DNA from: Eledone cirrhosa
Lineage: Eukaryota
Length of the DNA stretch: 64,000 nt
Reading direction: 5' to 3'
NCBI GenBank assembly: GCA_964016885.1
Contig: OZ024760.1
Coordinates: 1,488,001-1,552,000, forward strand
Under the pieces are notes generated by a model. That model searched no databases. It saw nothing but the letters and a program-made list of their open reading frames with translations, and was not told the origin of the DNA. Position 1 is the first letter of the stretch, and every line of letters starts with the position of its first letter. This document shows positions 38,525-53,985 of this stretch, piece by piece. The position numbers and the translations under genes are program-made.

Positions 38525-39710
38525 CTAGCTGGACATGAAAGGAATTTGCCCATTATACAGGAGCAAATCATGGAATAGCTTAGATAGGGCTAGACATAAG
38601 ATAGGGAAAGCCACCTCATGGTACGACAACCAAAGATACCAGAGTGTCATGTTTGTGGATGCTACCCCTGGAGGGAAATTAGCTAACCAGTGTAGAAAGG
38701 CCCTGAGAAAGACCCACTTAAAAATAAAGGTGGTAGAAAAGCCAGGAACCACCATAAAATCCTTGATCAGCAAAACCTACCCTTTTAAGAAAACCCACTG
38801 TACCAATAGGAAATGTATCATATGTAAGGTGAACCCCCAGATAAACTGTAAAACTAGAAACGTAGTTTATAGCATAAGATGTACAGAGGGTACTTGCAGA
38901 AACATGACAACAACATACATAGGTGAGACAGCTCGTAGCATAGGTGAAAGGATAGACCAACACTGGGGGGAACTAAAAGGACGAAAAAACGGGTCAGTAC
39001 TATACGAACATGCTAGACAACAACATGACGGTAACATAGACAACATAGAAATTAGAATAATATCTAAACATAGAAATGACCCAGCAGATAGGCAAATCAG
39101 AGAGGCCAGTGAAATAGAAATTAGAAGACAGAAAGAATGAATGGAATAACAACAACACCCAAACAAATAAGAGAAGTATAAATAAGTAAATAAAATAAAA
39201 TAAATAAATAAATAAATACATACACAAGCACATAAACACACACTAGTCACCCATCACACAGCAAACAAACACTATACACACACGCAAACGCATGCACAAA
39301 GAAGACAAAATAAAATAAACAAACAAGCAAATAAATAAATATATAGACAGACTGAATAAAAATGGTGTAGACATACAATACAACAGGAGGAAAATATAGC
39401 ACCACTGACGATGTTGCAGATGTGCAACAAAAGATTTGATAAACTATATATATGTGTTTGTGTCTATATTGTATCTGTATTATTTTTGACCGTCGGTCAG
39501 TCAATGGCAACATTGAGGACCGAGTAAGTTAGATTACCGATATAAAAGACACAGAAGCGAAAAGTGAAAACCAACCAAACAGTGAGTGTGTTCTGTTATT
39601 AATTCTGGCAATATTACACAAATATGACCCTCCCCAAGTATAACAATATTTGTTTCGACACACGATTTCATATAAAAAATCTCGCAAAACTAATTCATCG
39701 CCGCTATATA
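38525..39710 (+). mobile_element. Penelope-like element 3' portion: linker Cys motif, GIY-YIG endonuclease and 3' pseudo-LTR region
   Basis: ORF 38535-39140 has CTNRKCIIC, NVVYSIRC...C, YIGETARSIGERIDQH, LYEH...H and RQIREASEI, typical of PLE GIY-YIG. A decayed hammerhead core (CTGACGA) follows at 39405. Flanked by (AAT)n and (TA)n. Confidence 0.88.
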
Positions 39711-40189
39711 TATATATATATATATAGTAATAATAATAAATTTGAAGACTAAAATCCAAAGAGGGCTCAATAAGGATAAATATTTATTAAAATAACAGAT
39801 TAAAGTTTAAGCAAAGAATCGCTGCCTTCACCCTTAACGGGATCTTCTGAAACTAAAAAAATCAATCTGTAAATATATATAACTGTAGTATGTGTGTTAA
39901 ATTAAAAACATAACTATGTTTTCAGTTGAATTTTCTTATTTTTTAAAATACTTTTCATATTTTCTCCTGAAGCTCTTTGGAGCTTTTTGTTTATCTTTTT
40001 TGATTACCACAACTACAGTAACAAGACATCATACCACCCTACCCTAGTATATCACCCCTACACCAGTATATCACCCTTCCCTAGTATACCACCCCACTAA
40101 ACATATTTCCACCTTTCCTAATCTTTTTTCCCTTCTGGAATAACCTCCATAGTTTACATATATATATGTTTTGCCAAAGGGCATACATA

Positions 40190-41380
40190 ATACTACTACT
40201 ACTACTACCAACACTACTACTACTACTATTACCACTACTACCACTGCAGCTGCTGCTGTTACTACTACTACTGCAGCTGCTGCTACTACTACTGCTACCA
40301 TCACTGCTACCTCTAGTACTATCACAATCACCACCATAACAATTACTACCACCACCACTGCTGCTACTACCACCACTACTAATACTACCACCACCACCAC
40401 TACTACTACTTCCACCACTACTACTAGCATCGCCACTATTACTATCACAACCACCATCATAGCCACTACTACTACTACCACCACTATTACTATCATAACC
40501 ACCATCATACCACTACTACTACCACTACCACCACCACCGCCACTACTACTACTATCACCACCACCACCACTACTACTACCACTGCCACAACCACTACTAC
40601 TACCACTACCACCACCACCACTACTACCACCACCACCACCACCACCACCACTACTACCACCACCACCACCACTACTACCACCACCACCACTACTACTACT
40701 ACCACTACCACCACTACTACCACTACCACCACTACTACTACTACCACCACCACCACTACTACTACTACCACCACCACCACTGCCACCCACCACCACCACC
40801 ACTACTACTACTACCTCTGTCACAACCACTACTACCACCACCACCACTACTACTACCACCACCACTACTACTACCACCACTACTACCACCACCACTACCA
40901 CCACCACCACTACTACTACTACCACCACCACCACCACAACCACTACTACCACCACTGCCACAACCACTACTACCACCACCACCACTACTACTACCACCAC
41001 CACCACTACTACTACCACCACTACTACCACCACCACTACCACCACCACCACTACTACTACTACCACCACCACCACCACAACCACTACTACCACCTCTGCC
41101 ACAACCACTACCACCACAACCACCACTACCACTACTACCACCTCTGCCACAACCACCACTACCACCACTACCACCAACACCACCACTACTACTACCACCA
41201 CCACCACTACTACCACCACCACTACCACCACCACCACTACTACTACTACCACCACCACCACCACAACCACTACTACCACCTCTGCCACAACCATTACTAC
41301 CACCACCACCACTACTACTACCACCTCTGCCACAACCACCACTACCACCACTACCACCACCACCACCACTACTACTACTG
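40190..41380. repeat. (ACT/ACC)n trinucleotide-rich tract
   Basis: Source of the poly-T, poly-V and poly-P ORFs. Confidence 0.93.
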
Positions 41381-41952
41381 GCTGGGTTCAAGAAATCAAC
41401 TCAAGCTTAACATCCAATGCCTTAAGCTGTGAAGTTCACCAATCAAGGAAGACATGAAGATGGTTGCAGGCACTTCCTTCTCTCGCAACCAAAATAGAAT
41501 GTTTAATAAGGAGATGGTGTGTTGGTGGGGGAGGCTGTTTATATAACATCATCATCATCATCATCACCATCTTCATTTTATGTCTTATCTATGCTGGAAT
41601 AGGTTGGATGGGTTGTCATGATCTGAGACAAGACTTGTGTGTGTGTGGGGGGGGTATATAAATATTGTTTAAATATACATATACACACCACACATAAAAT
41701 CAACACTAATAAACACACACACACACACACACACACACACTTCTCATTACCAAGACTACCTAACAGTTTGTCCTGTTTACACTCTATTTCTCTATCACCT
41801 TTGTGATCCTGTCTCTTATTTTGTAGTCCCGAAGAAGGGCTCCGACACATTGAACTTTTTTCCCCTTTCCCATATAAAGCGTGAAACTAATAAGACTTTT
41901 TTTTTGTACCTCTGTTTGTTGTCTCCTTGAAACAAGTTAATCAGAACCTGTT

Positions 41953-42001
<49 letters not shown>

Positions 42002-42002
42002 A

Positions 42003-42300
42003 AGGCGGGTAAAATTCCCGAGATCCATGGACGAGTTCTCTGTCCCTCATTATCGCTGCCATGTCCTGCGTCTCCAACAGACCAGTGTCTGTCCTTAGGG
42101 CATCAACATACGTTAACCCTGGTCTTCCTCTTCTAGTGTGTCCATATAGGGGCTCCCAAAGGAGCAATGAGTGCAATGTCAACTCTGGATGCCGGTGAGC
42201 ATGTCCAGCTAACCTCAGTCTCCTCTGTGTCACTTTTGAGCTGACCTTTGGAATGCTCCCATACAGTTCTGAGTTTTTCATCCTCAGTGTATACTGATTA
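42003..42300 (-). mobile_element. RTE/RTEX-like LINE 3' fragment
   Basis: The minus-strand ORF reads NSELYG...RRLRLAGHAHRHPE...LLLWEP..G..RRGRP.LTYVD, the post-RT region of RTE-type LINEs. It abuts (TA)n. Confidence 0.75.
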
Positions 42301-42389
42301 ATATATATCTACTCCAAAACTTGTTGAGAGCTTTATATCAGTTATAAAATATTTACTCGTTGTAACCCAACAATTTTAAATAAAACTTT

Positions 42390-42432
<43 letters not shown>

Positions 42433-42905
42433 AAGGCTAAATAGTTAGTTTTGTTACTCTGGAGTTTTACCTGCTTCTCCAGAGTAACATGACTCACTAT
42501 TTAGGTTAATAAAATGAATATTTAAACTCTACTTCAGTATTGAGTACTATTTTCTCTCAGCTGTCAACTACATATGAATATGTGTGTGTGTGTGCATTAG
42601 GGGACATTACGTAATTTGGCTGAAAATTGCTTCCTCCGCAGGTGTTAACCTCCCATATATATTCTCAGTATCAGATGATCCCGCTTCAGGAAAAAATTTA
42701 AATCTGTGCCAATAATAAATATATATCAGATAGATGCGCTCCATCATCCACTTTTCTATAAAAAAGTATATCATACTCAAAACGCCAGCATCAACAGTTT
42801 TCCAAGAGATGGCAACATGAATGGACGACCTGTTATTTTTCTCTAAAAACATTTTTTCCAATTCCAAAACGCCCGTCCCTTCAATCTTTCTAATTTCTCA
42901 TTCTT

Positions 42906-42941
42906 TCTTCTGATGAAGGACTAGCATCCGAAACGTTAAGA
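42906..42941 (+). ncRNA. minimal type-I hammerhead ribozyme
   Basis: tctt-CTGATGA-a-gga-ctagca-tcc-GAAA-cgT-T(A)-aga, with palindromic stem III AACGTT and short stem I tctt/aaga. Confidence 0.75.
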
Positions 42942-43031
42942 CCCTCTTCCTGCTATTTCAAGCATTAAACTAATATATTCTTTCCATATACTGTACCGAT
43001 TGTGTTATTTCTGTTTACCTTTTACATACAT

Positions 43032-43090
<59 letters not shown>

Positions 43091-43331
43091 TGTGTGTGTG
43101 TGTGTTAAGTATTTCCGTGCAAAAGGTAAAGGAAAGAAGAGTGCTCTATGTATTGTACAGACCTATTTTATTATATAATAAACAACACAATATAATTATT
43201 CCATTACCCAAGGTTTCACGAAGTTAGATTCTAACAGAAACGTCTGATATCATTCAACAGAAGGAATCTTTTTTCCTTCTAGACAATACACGATGATGAT
43301 GATGATGATGATGATATATATATATATATAT

Positions 43332-43670
43332 GGAGGCACATGGCTTAGTGGTTAGAGCATTGGCCTTGCAATCGAAAGGTTGTGAGTTCAATTCTCAGAC
43401 CGGGTGATGTGTTGTGTCCTTGAGCAAGACACTTTATTTCACATTGCTCCAGTTTACTCAGCTGTAGAAATGAGATGGTAGGGACTGGGGTCCATATCAT
43501 TCCACTGCAAAGTGGTCGTGGAGGTTCCACGGCAAAAAAGCACCCAGCACTCACTGTAAATGAGGTTGGTGTTAGGAAGGGCATCCAGCTGTAGAAATCA
43601 AGCCAGAATCAGTTCCCGTCCCACCCTTGCAAGCAGGGAAAAGCGGACGTAAGATGATGATGATGATGAT
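43332..43670 (+). mobile_element. tRNA-derived SINE family B with an RTE-like 3' tail ending in (GAT)n
   Basis: A-box tggcttagtggttag, B-box gagttcaattctc, body gtgtccttgagcaagacactt and tail ggtgttaggaagggcatccagctgtagaa...ggacgtaa(gat)n. Near-identical copy at 28726-29058; partial minus copies at about 20120-20225, 23810-23990 and 35795-35912. Confidence 0.8.
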
Positions 43671-43922
43671 ATATATTAGACGTTACACGATGATGATATA
43701 TATATATATACATTATATATATATATACACACACACACACATACAAGCCTTCATTTTGTTATATATATCTATATATTTCCTATTTACAGTCCACCCCACC
43801 CCTTCATATGCAAATAAAAATATTTAATAATAATAATAAAAATAATAAAACTTCCATGGGCACAGAGAATTTCACAACCTCAATTCCCTGGGGTTGTTCA
43901 TATCTGGGAAGTCTCCTACATC

Positions 43923-43968
<46 letters not shown>

Positions 43969-44704
43969 CCACTTAATTAGTTGTTAAATGTACAGTAAGC
44001 AATTTGGGACAAAAAACACTTTTTTTTTTTAATTAAAAAAAGGCATTTTCAAAATAGTTGGAAGCAGACTGTAAACAAACTGTTTAATGCCTATGTATTT
44101 ATGTATGTATGTGTATATATATATATATGTGTGTGTGTGTATGTATGTATATATACATATGTGTGTGGGTATATGTATATATATATGTACGTATGTATGT
44201 ATATATATACATGTGTGTGGGTATATGTGTGTGTGTATATGTATATATGCGCATATATATGTGTATATATGTGTGTGTGTGTGTGTATCTGTATATATGT
44301 ATATATATGTATGTATCTATATATGTATGTGTATGTATATGTATGTATATGTATGTATATATATATATATATATATATACACTTTCATACATACATATAT
44401 ACACATATATATTATGTGTGTGTGTATATACCACAAGTCTGAAATTTTTTTTTCATATTTAATCTTTAATGCTGCCACACTCAAGTGTGTATATATGTGT
44501 GTGTATATAAGTGTGTATATATGTATATATCTGCATAGATATATGTGGCTGTCTGCCTGTTAACTAGGTGTTCAAGGGCCATAATATTTAAGTCTGATAA
44601 CTAGATTCCACCCCTATTTCCACCCCAGCCCACCCCACCCCACCCAGCACTGTATGAGGGCCTAATTGTATAAACACTTAGGTCTTACACTTTGATGTCT
44701 TAAC

Positions 44705-46530
44705 ACATACACACATACATAGAAACATACATGGCACATAGACATACGTACATACACACACTCACTCATACACATACATAGAAACATATATGGCACATAG
44801 ACATACGTACATACACATACACACACTCACTCATACACACATACAGAAACATATATGGCACATAGACATACATACATACACATACACACACTCATACATA
44901 CACACATACAGAAACATATATGGCACATAGACATACATACACATACACAAACTCACTCATACACACATACAGAAATATGTGGCACATAGACATACGTACA
45001 TACACATACACACACATACACACACTCATACATACACACATACAGAAACATATATGGCACATAGACATACGTACATACACATACACACACTCACACATAC
45101 AGAAACATATATGTCACATAGACATACATACATACACATACACACACTCATATATAGACACATACAGAAACATATATGGCACATAGACATACGTACATAC
45201 ACATACACACACTCATACATACACACATACAGAAACATATATGGCACATAGACATACATACATACACATACACACACTCACTCATACACACATACAGAAA
45301 TATGTGGCACATAGACATACGTACATACACATACACACACTCACACATACGCACATACAGAAACATATATGGCACATAGACATACGTACATACACATACA
45401 CACACATACACACACTCATACATACACACATACAGAAACATATATGGCACATAGACATACGTACATACACATACACACACTCACACATACAGAAACATAT
45501 ATGTCACATAGACATACATACATACATATACACAAACTCATATATACACACATACAGAAACATATATGGCACATAGACATACGTACATACACATACACAC
45601 ACTCATATATACACACATACAGAAACATATATGGCACATAGACATACGTACATACACATACACACACTCATACATACACACATACAGAAACATATATGGC
45701 ACATAGACATACGTACATACACATACACACACTCACACATACAGAAACATATATGTCACATAGACATACATACATACACATACACACACTCATATATAGA
45801 CTCATACAGAAACATATATGGCACATAGACATACGTACATACACATACACACACTCATACATACACACATACAGAAACATATATGGCACATAGACATACA
45901 TACATACACATACACACACTCACTCATACACACATACAGAAATATGTGGCACATAGACATACGTACATACACATACACACACTCATATATACACACATAC
46001 AGAAACATATATGGCACATAGACATACGTACATACACATACACACACTCATATATACACACATACAGAAACATATATGGCACATAGACATACGTACATAC
46101 ACATACACACACTCATACATACACACATACAGAAACATATATGGCACATAGACATACGTACATACACATACACACACTCATATATACACACATACAGAAA
46201 CATATATGGCACATAGACATACGTACATACACATACACACACTCATATATACACACATACAGAAACATATATGGCACATAGACATACGTACATACACATA
46301 CACACACTCATATATACACACATACAGAAACATATATGGCACATAGACATACACACATACACATACACACACTCATATATACATACAGAAACATATATGG
46401 CACATAGACATACGTACATACACATACACACACTCACTCATACACACATATAGACATACGTACATACACATACACACACTCACTCATACACACATACAGA
46501 AATATGTATGGCACATAGACATACCTCCAC
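44705..46530. repeat. satellite of about 65 bp built on CA/TA microsatellite
   Basis: Unit catacagaaacatatatggcacatagacatacgtacatacacatacacacactcatatatacaca, about 27 copies. Confidence 0.92.
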
Positions 46531-46864
46531 ACATACCTATACATACACACATACACAGAATTATATATGGCACAAAGACGTATCTACACACACATATATA
46601 ATCATAGTACACATACACATAAACACATGGTACATACATGTATACACACACATATATAATCATAGTACACATACACATAAACACATGGTACATACATGTA
46701 TACGCACACATATATAATCATAGTACACATACACATAAACACATGGTACATACATGTATACACACACATATATATATATATAAATGAAAAGTATAGAAAT
46801 TATGGTAGCAAGAAGCCAACAGTATTCCATAATATATATATATATATATAATTATATGTGTGTG

Positions 46865-46902
<38 letters not shown>

Positions 46903-46940
46903 TATGTGTGTGTATATATATATATATGTGTGTGTATGTG

Positions 46941-46971
<31 letters not shown>

Positions 46972-47134
46972 ATATATATACATATACATATATATATACC
47001 TGGTTCTTCGCTGGTATAGAAAAATCCTACACATACACATATTTACACACATATAGACAGGGGCACACACACTCACACACATAAATGTTTATAAATCTGT
47101 GTGTGTATATATATATACACACATATATATACAC

Positions 47135-47178
<44 letters not shown>

Positions 47179-48719
47179 ACATATATATGCATATACATTT
47201 ATATATATATATATATATATATATACGTATATATATACACATATACACATATATATATATACACATATACACATATATATATATACACATATACACATAT
47301 ATGCTAATGTTGACCCTACCAGGGCCCCGACTAATCCATCATCTGTCTATATGATGTGCCAAGGTCCTGTATTTTAGTAGAGATGTCTTATCACCCCCTA
47401 CCCACCCTCTCTCCCCCACCCCAACCTCTCCATTTTTTTTTTTTTACTTCACTTTAATATATTGGTGAGGTGGGAGTGTAGGGGGGAGGGGGTGTTTGAA
47501 AACTAGTGATTAGTTAGTGGGGGGGGGGTAGTTGTGATGGAATAATTGATGGGAGTAGTGGTGATGACAGTTGTAATGGTGGTGGTGGTGGTAGTGGGAG
47601 TGGTGGAATAATTTAGGGTGGTGGTGGTGGTGGTGGAGGTAGTGGTAATGGTGATGATGGTAGGTGGTGGTGATGATGGTGGTGGTAGTGGTGATGATGG
47701 TAGGTGGTGGTGATGATGATGATGGTGGTGGTAGTGGGTGGTAGTGGTAGTCGTGATGATGGTAGGTGGAGGTGGTGGGGGTGGTGGTAGTGGTAATGGT
47801 GATGATGGTAGGTGGTGGTGGTGGTGATGATGATGATGATGGTGGTGGTAGTGGTAGTGGTGATGATGGTAGGTGGTGGTGGTGGTGGTGGTGGTGGTGA
47901 TGATGGTGGTGGTAGTGGTGATGATGGTGATGGTAGGTGGTGGTGGTGATGGTAGGCGGTGGTGGTGGGGGTGATTTTGATAGTGACGATGGTGGTGGTT
48001 TTGTTGGATGGTAAGGTGAAAGCTGGTAGTTATGGTGACTAGAGGCGGTGGTGCATCAAACATTTTTTGGCGGTGGATTGGCTGTATCGGTAGAGGGTCG
48101 GACAGCACGCTTTGACGCATAGTTACGGCCCTTGCCATTCTGAGTTCAAATCCCGCCAAGGGTAACTTTGCCTTTCAACCTTATGGGGTCGATAAAATAA
48201 AGTACCAGTAATGCACCGGGGTCGATTTAATCAACTTTCCCTCTCTCCCTCAAAATTGCTGGCCTTGTGCCTAGATCAGAAATCATTATTATATTTAGTA
48301 GTGGTGGTCAACTTTTGAGATTGTTGGCCATACTGGGGCACAGCTGAAGGCCTCTTCCCCTTCTTCATTACCATCACTATTTCCACACTGCTGTCTTAAC
48401 TTATACCATTGCTATTTCCCCCTCCCCCTATACCATCCTAAACACCACTGCTGTCACTTATATTGCTATCCTACACTATTAGTATTTCAACACTAATTCT
48501 AAACACCATTGCTATATCCAAACTACTCTCGTATGAGCTTTTTTAAACACTTACTATATTCACAATCCCATCCTAAACACTTGCTATATATACTATGCTC
48601 TCTTAAACACCATTGTCATCTTAAACACTGTTACTATCACCTCATTGCTATAGTAAACCCTATTGCTATTCTAAACACCATTACCATCTTAAACAGTGTT
48701 GCTATCTCCTCAATGCTAT

Positions 48720-50725
48720 TCTAAACACTGTTGCTATCTCTACAGCCCCTTCCTAAACACTGTTGCTATCTCCACAGCTCCTTCCTAAACACTGTTGCTA
48801 TCTCCACAGCTCCTTCCTAAACACTGTTGTTATCTCTACAGCCCCTTCCTAAACATTGTTGCTATCTCCACAGCTCCTTCCTAAACACTGTTGTTATCTC
48901 CACAGCCCCTTTCTAAACACTGTTGCTATCTCCACAGCACCTTCCTAAACACTGTTGCTATCTCCACACTCCCATCCTAAACACTGTTGCTATCTCCACA
49001 CTCCCATCCTAAACACTGTTGCTATCTCAACAGCACCTTCCTAAACACTGTTGCTATCTCTACAGCCCCTTCCTAAACACTGTTGCTATCTCTACAGCCC
49101 CTTCCTAAACACTATTGCTATCTCCACACTCCCATCCTAAACACTGTTGCTATCTCCACACTCCCATCCTAAACACTGTTGCTATCTCCACAGCCCCTTC
49201 CTAAACACTGTTGCTATCTCCACACTCCCATCCTAAACATTGTTGCTATCTCCACAGCCCCTTCCTAAACACTGTTGCTATCTCCACACTCCCATCCTAA
49301 ACACTGTTGCTATCTCTACAGCCCCTTCCTAAACACTATTGCTATCTCCACACTCCCATCCTAAACACTGTTGCTATCTCCACACTCCCATCCTAAACAC
49401 TGTTGCTATCTCAACAGCCCCTTCCTAAACACTGTTGCTATCTCCACACTCCCATCCTAAACACTGTTGCTATCTCCACACTCCCATCCTAAACACTGTT
49501 GCTATCTCAACAGCCCCTTCCTAAACACTATTGCTATCTCCACACTCCCATCCTAAACACTGTTGCTATCTCCACACTCCCATCCTAAACACTGTTGCTA
49601 TCTCAACAGCACCTACCTGAATACTGTTGCTATCTCCACACTCCCATCCTAAACACTGTTGCTATCTCAACAGCACCTACCTAAACACTGTTGCTATCTC
49701 CACACTCCCATCCTAAACACTGTTGCTATCTCAACAGCCCCATCCTAAACACTGTTGCTATCTCCACAGCACCTTCCTAAACACTGTTGCTATCTCCACA
49801 GCTCCTTCCTAAACACTGTTGCTATCTCCACAGCTCCTTCCTAAACACTGTTGTTATCTCAACAGCCCCTTCCTAAACACTGTTGCTATCTCCACAGCAC
49901 CTTCCTAAACACTGTTGCTATCTCCACAGCACCTTCCTAAACACTGTTGCTATCTCCACAGCCCCTTCCTAAACACTGTTGTTATCTCAACAGCCCCTTC
50001 CTAAACACTGTTGCTATCTCCACAGCACCTTCCTAAACACTGTTGCTATCTCCACACTCCCATCCTAAACACTGTTGCTATCTCAACAGCCCCATCCTAA
50101 ACACTGTTGCTATCTCCACAGCACCTTCCTAAACACTGTTGCTATCTCCACAGCTCCTTCCTAAACACTGTTGTTATCTCAACAGCCCCATCCTAAACAC
50201 TGTTGCTATCTCCACAGCACCTTCCTAAACACTGTTGCTATCTCCACACTCCCATCCTAAACACTGTTGCTATCTCAACAGCCCCATCCTAAACACTGTT
50301 GCTATCTCCACAGCACCTTCCTAAACACTGTTGCTATCTCCACACTCCCATCCTAAACACTGTTGCTATCTCAACAGCCCCATCCTAAACACTGTTGCTA
50401 TCTCCACAGCACCTTCCTAAACACTGTTGCTATCTCCACAGCTCCTTCCTAAACACTGTTGTTATCTCAACAGCCCCATCCTAAACACTGTTGCTATCTC
50501 AACAGCACCTACCTAAACACTGTTGCTATCTCCACACTCTCATCCTAAACACTGTTGTTATCTCCACACTCCCATCCTAAACACTGTTGCTATCTCAACA
50601 GCACCTACCTAAACACTGTTGCTATCTCCACAGCACCTTCCTAAACACTGTTGTTATCTCCACACTCCCATCCTGAACACTGTTGTTATCTCTACAATAC
50701 CATCCTAAACACTGTTGCTATCTCC
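48720..50725. repeat. 32-bp minisatellite, about 62 copies
   Basis: Unit cctaaacactgttgctatctccacagcccctt, with a few recurring variant types. Confidence 0.95.
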
Positions 50726-50978
50726 TCAATGGCATGCTAAACACTATTTCTATAAACACTGTTGCTGTCTTCACAGTTCCGTCTTAAACACTGTTGCTAT
50801 GTCCTCAATGCTATGCTAAACACTGTTGCTATGCACACTATGCTATTTTAAACACCATTCCTATATCCACACTACAATCCTAAACACTATTGCTATTTTC
50901 CCAATGCTCTCTTATGGAAACTATTGTTATGTCCTCAATGCCGACATAAACACTATTGCTATCTCCACAATACTATTT

Positions 50979-51232
50979 TAATCCTTTGGCATTTAAACCA
51001 GCCATATCTGGCCAGAATTCTTTCACCTCTTTCTCTTCAAACTGGCTGTAAACGGCCACTCATACTGATGTTAAGGTATTGTTCTCAAAATAAATAATAT
51101 TAAAATCTCATATTATTTATTTTGAGAACAATACCTTGACATCAGTATGAGCGGTTGGTTACAGCCGGTTTGAACAGAAAGATGTGAGAGAATTCTGGCC
51201 AGATATGGCTGGTTTAAATGCTAAAGGGTTAA
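50979..51232. mobile_element. fold-back derivative of the piggyBac-like MITE (two 3' halves tail to tail)
   Basis: The left arm (catttaaaccagccatatctggccagaattct...) is the reverse complement of the right arm (...agaattctggccagatatggctggtttaaatg); TTAA at both ends. Confidence 0.75.
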
Positions 51233-52313
51233 GTGAATAAGATAAAAGGTTTCCTTTTCAAGATGTTTTGAAATAATAAGCGGTCTCTTTCATTAGAAAC
51301 TTGGTGAAGCAAGGAAGAGAGTGTGTCTGTGTGTATTTGTGTTTCTGTATGTGTATGTGTCTGTGTGTTTTTGTATGTGTGTGTGTGTGTGCATTTGTGT
51401 GTGTGTTTCTGCATGTGCATGTGTGTTTCTGTATTTGCGTGTGTGTATTTGTGTGTATGCATTTGTGTATGTTTTTCTGTATGTGTGTGTTTGTGTATAT
51501 GTGTTTCTGTATGTATATGTGCATTCGCGTATGTGCTTCTGTATGTGTGTGTGTTTATATGTTTATTCCTTTAAGCTTTTACTCGCCTCACTAGTAACTT
51601 GACTGTGGCCCTGCTGGGGCACCATATCATACCATTCCTGTGGTGTGGCCATGCTGGGGCACCATATATTAGAAAGTTATTAATGCAGCGGTCACCAGCC
51701 GCTGGTCTGAGACAAAAAGCTTTTACTGGTGTTACTAGTTATTTGACTGCGGCCATGCTGGGGCACCATACCAATGTGTGTGAGTATATGTTTATTCTGT
51801 TAGGCTTTTACTGATGTCACTTGTCATAGGACTGTGGCCATGCTGGGGCACCATACCATACCATTGTGTGTGTATATATGTTTATTCTGTTAGGCTTTTA
51901 CTGATGTCACTTGTCATAGGACTGTGGCCATGCTGGGGCACCATACCATACCATACCATTCCTGTGGCCATACTGGAGCACCATACCATAACATTTCTGT
52001 GGCCGTGCTGGAGCACCACACCATTCCTGTGTGTTTGTTTCTGGGAACAAGGCTTTCACATACCAAATTAAAGTACTCAGTATTTCAGGAAGTAGTGTAT
52101 GTGTGTGTGTGTGTTGTTGTATTGGTGGACATATGGTGGGTGTGTCTTTATTGCAGTATGTGTATGTGTGTGTGTGTGTGTGTGTGTGAGAGACAGATGT
52201 GTTAGCTATGTTGTTTTGCCTATTCCCTTGTGGGAGTTGAAATGTGTGGGTTCTCTCTATCTACATACATACATACATACATACATACATACATACATAC
52301 ATACATACATACA

Positions 52314-52349
<36 letters not shown>

Positions 52350-52803
52350 TAAATATAGATACATATGTACACACATGCATACATACATATATACATACAC
52401 ACATCCATACATACATACATATATACATACATACATATATACATACATACATCCATACATACATACAACCTTGCCACTAGGAAGGTGGCCGGTCAAAAAA
52501 ATATACTCGAAATTAAGAGAAAGAGAAAACATACATAAATATAGATACATATGTACACACATGCATACATACATATATACATACATACATATATACATAC
52601 ATACATATATACATACATACATCCATATATTCATATATATATATATAGATATATAGATAGATAGATACACACATACATACTTATATATATATATACATAC
52701 ATACATTCATACATACATACATACATACATACACACACATATTCATATATATATATATAGAGAGAAAGATAGATACACACATACATAGTGTATACATACA
52801 TAC

Positions 52804-52834
<31 letters not shown>

Positions 52835-53262
52835 TAGATAGATAGATAGATAGATACATACTTATGTACATACATACATATATATATATATACATTCATA
52901 CATATATACATGCATACATACATATATTCATAAATATATATATATATAGATATAGATATAGGTACATACATATCTACACACATACATACATGCATGCGTA
53001 CATATATATATATATACATACATTTATACATACATATATATATATATATGCATGCATACATACATACATACATACACCATACATACCCACATATACACAC
53101 CTCACACATACATCCACTACACACACACATACTTAGAATTTAGTAGTTAAAACATTTAGCAACTTTGGAGTTGTTGTTGTTGTTAATGTTGTTGTTGTTG
53201 TTGTTTTACCTCCATCCTGTTGGTTCCCTTGAGTATAACTGTTTGTGGTGTAGGTGTATCTA

Positions 53263-53301
<39 letters not shown>

Positions 53302-53790
53302 CATACACACATGTATGTATATATATATATATATATATATACATACACACATATATATATATATATACATACACACATATGTATATATATCTATGTGTGT
53401 GTATGTATGCATGTTTGTATATATATATATATAAATATATATATATACATATGTATATATATATATATACATATATATATATGCATGTGTATGTATGTAT
53501 ATATATATATATATATATATACATACACACATATGTATATATGTGTGTGTATGTATGTATATATATATATATATATACATACATACACACATATGTATGT
53601 ATATATGTGTGTGTGTGTATGTATGTATATATATATATATATATACATACATACACACATATGTATGTATATATGTGTGTGTATGTATGCATGTTTGTAT
53701 GTGTATGTGGTATGTCAATGATGTTGGTGTATGTGTGAGCAGCAAGTTTATGTACATACCTACATATGTATGTACATATATGTGTGTGTG

Positions 53791-53821
<31 letters not shown>

Positions 53822-53954
53822 ATATATATATGTGTGTGTGTGTGTGTATATATATATATGTATGTGTGTGTATATATATGTGTGTATATATATATGTGTG
53901 TGTGTGTGTGTATATATGTGCGAATGTAAATATATATTGTCTGTATATGTAGGA

Positions 53955-53985
<31 letters not shown>

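Noticed and set aside
40071-41457. Poly-Thr, poly-Val and Gly-Ser ORFs
   Set aside because: Trinucleotide repeat artefact.
43340-43405. tRNA-like A and B boxes (also in the SINE A heads)
   Set aside because: They continue into SINE bodies and tails, are multicopy, and show no proper acceptor stem, so they are not tRNA genes.
48720-50725. Constant-plus-variable 32-bp periodicity resembling a CRISPR array
   Set aside because: The variable parts are only about 11 nt, come from a few recurring variants, and there are no cas genes; the context is a eukaryotic intron, so it is a minisatellite.
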